Below the pieces are notes generated by a model that ran no database searches, was not told where the DNA came from, and saw only the letters and a list, made by a program, of their open reading frames with translations. A stretch of 64,000 nt of DNA. Origin: the human T2T-CHM13v2.0 reference genome, Homo sapiens. Position numbers and translations under genes: made by a program. Location: NCBI RefSeq assembly GCF_009914755.1, contig NC_060939.1; one strand, given 5' to 3'. Shown here one piece after another: positions 51,676 to 64,000 of the stretch (position 1 is the first letter of the stretch; every line of letters starts with the position of its first letter).

Positions 51676-54298
51676 TGTAACTCTGGAAGTCCTCAGAAGC
51701 ACCTTTATATAAGAAAGATCCTTCCTGGACACTTAATAGTGAATATCTGGGCCCTGGAACACAAAAGGAGGAGGAAAATCATTTCTGGAGAAGGGCATTG
51801 CAGTAGATGATCATTAGATTGGGCTCTACTCATATAAAACTTTAAAAAAATTATCTGTGTAGTTCAGTCGTGGTTTCACTTTGAACCATCTTTAAAAAAT
51901 TTGTTTTCTATGGGAGGATGGGCTTTCTAAGGTTAAAAGAGACAAAAGAAATTACAAAAGAAATGTCTAATAGATATGTCCAACAAAATACTTCCCTCAT
52001 ACATTAAAAAAAAAACTTAAAAGGCAAAATAATGGGAAGCATCTCAGGCAATTATTATTATTATTATTATTAATTTATTTTTGAGATGGAGTCTCACTCT
52101 GTCACCCAGGCTAGAGTGCAGTGGCATGATCTCGGCTGACTGCAGCCTTTGCCTCCAGGGTGCAAGCAATTCTTGTGCCTCCACCTCCCAACTAGCTGGG
52201 ATTACAGGTATGTGCCACCACACCCAGCTTATTTTTGTATTTTTGGTAGAGACGGGTTTTCACTATGTTGGAACTCCTGACCTCAGGTGATTCACCCACC
52301 TCAGCCTCCCAAAGTGCTGGAATTACAGGCATGAACCACTGCGCCCAGTCTATTATTTTTAAATTGTATAAATTAATTGAAAAAGTGGCATCTCAATAGA
52401 TGAATGTGCACAGACAATTCACAAAACAATTACTTTTGTATATGATAGCACCTGCACAAAAACATTTGAAAAAAACTGTACTTAAAAGTAACAGAACAGG
52501 CCTGGCGTGGTGGCTCATGCCCATAATCCCAGTACTTTGGGAGGCTGAGGCAGATGGATTGCTTGAGCTCAGGAGTTCGAGATCGTCCTGGGCAACATGG
52601 CAAGACCCTGTCTCTACCAAAAATACAAAAAAAAAAAAAAAATGCCAGGCATAGTGGTGTGCACGTGTGGTCCCAGCTACTTGGGAGGCTGAGGTGGGAG
52701 GATCACTTGAGCCTTGAGGGGTGGTGGTTGCAGTGAGCCTAAATCACACCACTGCGCTCCAGCCTGGGTGACAGAGCAGGACCCTGTCTCAAAAAAAAAA
52801 AAAAAAAAAAAAGTGACAGAACAAATAAGTAGATGCTGTTTTGCCTTTTCAGTTAGAAAATATTTAAAAATATCAAAAGTGATACCCGCAGCTGGATAAG
52901 GGGACAGTGAAGTGAGCACTCTCATATGCTGCCGGCTAGAATGTAAACTGGCCCCACTTTTCTGAAGAGCAAGCTTGGCAACCTGGGTCAGGAACCTTAA
53001 AGATGTTCACACTTTCAGCAGGGTGTGGTGACTCATGCCTGTAATCCCAGCACTTTGGGAGGGCAAGGCAGGAGGATTGCTTGAGGCCAGGAGTTTGAGA
53101 CCAGCCTAGGCAACACAGTGAAACCCCATGTCTACAAAAAATTTAAGCATTTGCCAGGTGTGGTGGTGCATGCCTGTAGTCCCAGCTACTAGGGAGGCTG
53201 AGGCAGTGAGCCATGATTGCGCCAGTGTACTCCAGCCTGGGCGACAGAGCAAGACTCTGTCTAAAAAAAAAAAAAAAGTGTTCATACTCTCTAGCCTGTT
53301 CATACTCTCTCTAACCTAGTAATCCTCTTCTGGAACCTTGAGGAAAAATCCCAAATACAAGGAAAAAAATTATTTTATGTAAAAATGCCCACTACAGAAT
53401 TTTTTTAAGTAGCAAAAACTTTTGTTTTTGAAAAGGTTTAATGATTAGGAGAAGGGCTAAGTAAACTCGGGGATGTACACTACATAGAATACAAAGCAGC
53501 CTTCAAAATGTTTATGGAGAGCAAATGATAACTTGGAAAAAGACATACAATATGATGTTAAGCAAAATAAACAGAATGCCCATTATATGTAGAATATCAT
53601 GTCCACTATTTTAATGAAGTACATAAAGTCTAGAAGGATATAATAATAATAATAATAATAATAATAGTAAATACAATATTAGTAATAGCTACTACTTCTT
53701 GAACACTTATCGTATGCCTTTTCTGTGTTAGGCAGTTTATATATACATTATCCTCACATCGACCCTATGTGGCAGGCACTGCTATCATCCCCATTTTGTA
53801 GATGAGTCAACTGTGTCTCAGGGAGGGTATCTTGTGCAAGGCCACACAGTTAGTATATTGTTGAACTGGGATTTGAGCCTTAATCGGTGTGGCAGCTATA
53901 AGACTGTGCTTCACAGATATCCAACTACAGGGAGTGTAATTGACTGGAGGTTTCAGTTGCCCTCTGAAGTTCATTGCTGCATAGCATGCTTGCCACAAAC
54001 ATCTGCCATCCAGTGACAAGCACAGCCAGGAATTCTAAGGCAGATCCATTTCTGGTTGATACAGAACTCCTCTGAGCCCTCCTCTAGTTCCAATTACTCA
54101 GGAGGCTAAGGTGGGAGGATCACTTGAGGCCAGAGTTCAAGACCAGCCTGGGCAACATAGCAAGACCCTGTCTCTTAAAATACAAACAGAAGGCTGGGTG
54201 CCTGTAATCCCAGCACTTTTGGAGGCCAAGATGGGCGGATCATGAGGTCAGGAGTTCGAGACCAGCCTGACCAATGCGGTGAAACCCTGTCTCTACTA

Positions 54299-55080
<782 letters not shown>

Positions 55081-55189
55081 TAGCCAGGATGGTCTCGATC
55101 TCCTGACCTCGTGATCCGCCCACCTCGGACTCCCAAAGTGCTGGGATTACAGGTGTGAGCCACCACGCCCGGCCCATTGTGTTTTATTA

Positions 55190-59520
<4,331 letters not shown>

Positions 59521-60799
59521 CTATATTGTTATTAATTTTTAATTGATTCATTATGAGAAGTTTCCTAAGAATTTCTAAATTACAACACTTTGTTGGAGGA
59601 GCTCAAGCTATGATTTTTTTTTCCATATAACAAAATGGCATTTCCTACAAAATAATATAACACGCCCCCAAAGAAAATCCTCCCCAGAACCTGAGAATGA
59701 ACATTCCAATTCTTAACTTTCTAGTAGGATAATAAATCAGAGGTTAGAAGAAGATTATCATCTACAAGTCTATCAGAACTAAATATAGGCATTTATGGCT
59801 ATATCAGAGGAAGACATTTCACTCTAAAGGAGTATTAGGCCAGGTACAGTGGCTCACGCCTGTAAACCCAGCACTTTAGGAGGCTAAGGTGGGCAGATCA
59901 TTTGAGCTCAGGAGTTTGAGACCAGCCTGGGCAATATGGTGAAAACCCATCTCTACCAAAAATACAAAAAAATTAGCCAGGCGTGGTGGCACACGCCTGT
60001 AATCCCAGCTACTCAGGAGGCTGAGGTAGGAGGGTCTCTTGAGCCCAGAAGACGGAGGTTGTAGTGAGCTGAGATTGCACTCCTTCACCTCAGCCTGGGT
60101 GATGGAGCGAGACTCCATCTCAAAAAAAAAAAAAGTATTAGATGATAGGAGAGTTATGATAGGAGAGTAATTATGAAGAGGACACTAAAGGATACTCTAA
60201 GACTGAGAGAAAAACTGTAACACAGGATAAACTTCACAGGGAGTTCAAATGTCATAGAAGAAGTTTTGATTTCCTTTTCTTTTTCTTTTCTTTTTTTTTT
60301 TTTTTTTTTGAGATGGAGTTTTGTGCTTGTTGCCCAGGCTGGAGTGCAGTGGCGCGATCTCTGCTCACTCAACCACCGCCTTCTGGTTTCAAGTGATTCT
60401 CCTGACTCAGCCTCCCAAGTAGCTGGGATTACAGGCATCCGCAACCACATCCAGCTAATTTTTGTATTTTTTAGTAGAGACGGGGTTTCACCATGTTGTC
60501 CAGGCTGGTCTCAAACTCCTGACTTTGTGATCCACCCACCTTGGCCTCCCAAAGTGCTGGGATTAGAGGCGTGAGCCACTGCGCCCGGGAGAAGTTGTGA
60601 TTTCAACCCACATCATGGCAAACGGAATTGTCCTGGCCAGAGCTGGTCCCCAGTGGCTGTAAAAGCAAGAAAAACATATGGAAACACAGGTGAACCAAGG
60701 TTGGCTGGCAGGTGAGCTGAAGAAGTTGGCAGCATTGCTGCGGGCATAAGACGTATTAGGAGAACCAATGGAAAGTGGTCACCAGGCCTCATGAGAGAC

Positions 60800-60935
60800 T
60801 CTGAGCCACAATCACCCAGACGAACTGTTCTCAGGTTCTTGACCCTCAGAAACGATTCAAGAGAATAAATATTTGTTGTTTTAAGCTGTCAAGTTTTGAA
60901 ATAATTTGTTATGCCACAATAGATGACTAGTTCAT
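60800..60935 (+). mobile_element. MLT1 LTR 3' fragment
   Basis: gaccctcagaaac...aataaatatttgttgttttaagc...aatttgttatgccacaatagatgactagttca. Confidence 0.6.
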
Positions 60936-61239
60936 TGTCCCAGACTAAAAATAAACTTTCCACCCAGCTTTCTCTGCTAGCTGCTATTCTCTCTTTCTCC
61001 CCTTTCCCTCTCCAGACTCCATCAAAGGGTGGCATTTCCACCATCACTCTTCAGGCTATGGAATCTGTATGCGAAGACTTTCCAAGGGGTACATGGTATA
61101 GATAGCTTCAGGAGGATCAGCTCCCAGATGCTCAACTTTATATTTAATCTTTCCCAGAGCTGCTCTGCCTGGGAAGGAACTAGCATTTGAGGCTTCATGT
61201 AGATTCTTTTTTCACAATAGTCCTTTTTCTCTTTATTAC

Positions 61240-62340
<1,101 letters not shown>

Positions 62341-64000
62341 TTACAGGTCAGGTACAGTGGCTGACACCCGTTATCCAAGCACTTTGGGAGGCAAAGGTGG
62401 GAGGACCACTTGAGCTTAGGAGTTCGAGACCAGCCTGGGCAACAAAAAGAAACCTCACCTCTATTTAAAAATCAAAAAACAAAACTAGCCCAGCGTGGTG
62501 GTGTGTGCCTGCAGTCCCAGCTACTCGGGATGCTAAGGTGGGAGGATCACTTTAGCTTGGAAGATTGAGGCTGCAGTGAGCTATTATCTTGCCACTGCAC
62601 TCCAGCCTGGGTGACAGAGCAAGACCCTGTCAGAAGATAGAAAGGAAGAAAGAACGAAAGGAAGAAAATTCATGTTTTAAGTGCACAATTCAATGATTTT
62701 TAGTAAATTCCCCAAATTGTGCAGCCATCATCACAATCCAGTTCCTAATGCCTACCCCCATTAAAAAATTGTGGTAAATCTAATGTCTTTTTTTAAAAAA
62801 ACTAATATTATTAAACTATTTTAACATGACATATATATATAATGTTTTGAGAAAAATAAGCAAAATATTTTAAGATATGGTTTAGCACTGTTTTTTCCTT
62901 ATCCATCACTTTTATGATCCAGTTTTCCTTAACTTCCATTTATGTGATCAAAGTTAGCAGCCAGCTGTTTGTCTTCCCTATTTGTTCCACAGTTGTACAC
63001 AGAAAACAGAAGTCAACAAGTTCGTCGGCTTCCCCTATCAGCTCTGTTTAACTTTCTGCAGTGATAGACTGTCACTTCTGCTGATAGACTGTCCTTTTAA
63101 TAGCCACTTCCCAAACTATATTTTTAAAAAGGCATTAAGTTTTCTTTCCACTATCTCCACTGTTTTTTTTTTTTTTTTTTTTTTGAGACAGGGTCTTGCT
63201 CTGTTGCCCAGGTTGGAGCACAGTGGTGAAATCTCAGCTCACTGCAGCCTTGACCTTCTGGGCTCAAACAATCCTCCCACCTCAGCCTCCTGAGCAGATG
63301 GGATCACAGGCATGCACCACCACGCCTGGCTAATTTTTGTAATTTTTGTAGAGACACGGTCTCACTATGTTGCCCAGGCTGGTCTCAAACTCCTGCTTAA
63401 GCAATCCTCCCGCCTTGGTCTCCCAAAATGTTGGGATTACAGGTGTGAGCCAATGCGCCTGGCCTATCTCCACTTTTGATTGCCCTTTTAATATAACATT
63501 TTCTCATGGCCTAATTTGGAAATTCATGGACCCTGTCTGGTGCTCTCCTGACTGCTCCATGCCATTCAATCCTATTGACCCTTCTGTGTCCCCCGGCTCA
63601 GCTGGGATTTCCCCTAGGCCACTGACTGCTGAAATCTCTGCCAAGTTCCTCCCCTTGGCTGCTCTTTATATGCAGGCATCCCCTTAACCTCCATTCTAGG
63701 CCCTCTTCCCACTCTCCACTTGCTCTAGGTGATCTCATCCAGTCTCACAGCTTCTATGTCCCCGTCTTTTCTGAGGGCTCCAAATCCATGTCTCTGGCTC
63801 TAACCTGTGCCCCATGCAGAGGCAGAGGCTCAGAGGTGCAGCTGCTGTCTTGAGCAGCCCCCTCCAGCAGCCCCCTCAAACTCAGCACTGCCAGATGGAG
63901 CTCATTGCCTCTCTCTTTCCCCAACTCACCATGTGGTGTGACGTCACCTCCACGGCAGCCCCTGCATGCTGCCTGTTAGTGGGGTGTCCTCCCACCAGCC

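Noticed and set aside
51676-51732. 19-aa N-terminal extension of FSD2 (MSRKDLSY...) in the ORF track
   Set aside because: Starts at GTG in poor context directly after an in-frame TAA; the ATG at 51675 has a strong Kozak sequence.
60200-60720. Possible gag/zinc-knuckle-like peptide ([19 protein letters not shown] after removing the Alu)
   Set aside because: Does not fit C-x2-C-x4-H-x4-C spacing; too short to support without a Dfam/HMM search.

Overview
Human/primate genomic DNA with about 60 Alu copies plus old L1, MaLR, ERV1 and hAT repeats, recognised as the FSD2 / SNHG21 / SCARNA15 locus (human 15q25.2). On the minus strand, all 12 coding exons of FSD2 can be read directly. All introns are GT-AG, phases are consistent, and the CDS is 2250 nt (749 aa): acidic N-terminus, degenerate B-box, coiled coil, two FN3 domains and B30.2/SPRY. 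The non-coding first exon is not identifiable here and probably lies beyond 64000. On the plus strand, a CpG-island promoter (~14.4-15.1 kb) drives the non-coding snoRNA host gene SNHG21. One of its introns carries SCARNA15/ACA45 (20209-20335), an H/ACA scaRNA that guides U2 pseudouridylation and also yields a miRNA-like RNA (miR-1839). The two genes overlap tail-to-tail, so the long FSD2 3'UTR contains the exact antisense of the scaRNA and its small RNA, while a proximal poly(A) signal would exclude it. This is the best candidate for an undescribed regulatory circuit, and it is inference only. Most other ORFs in the supplied track are Alu or L1 read-throughs. Further observations: a frame-critical 23-nt microexon, a 3'-truncated U3 pseudogene, a twin-primed L1 with a recognisable TSD, a retrocopied 3'UTR fragment, and inverted Alu pairs bracketing exons. 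No wholly new gene system can be supported from sequence alone. Repeat boundaries and subfamilies are by eye and approximate.
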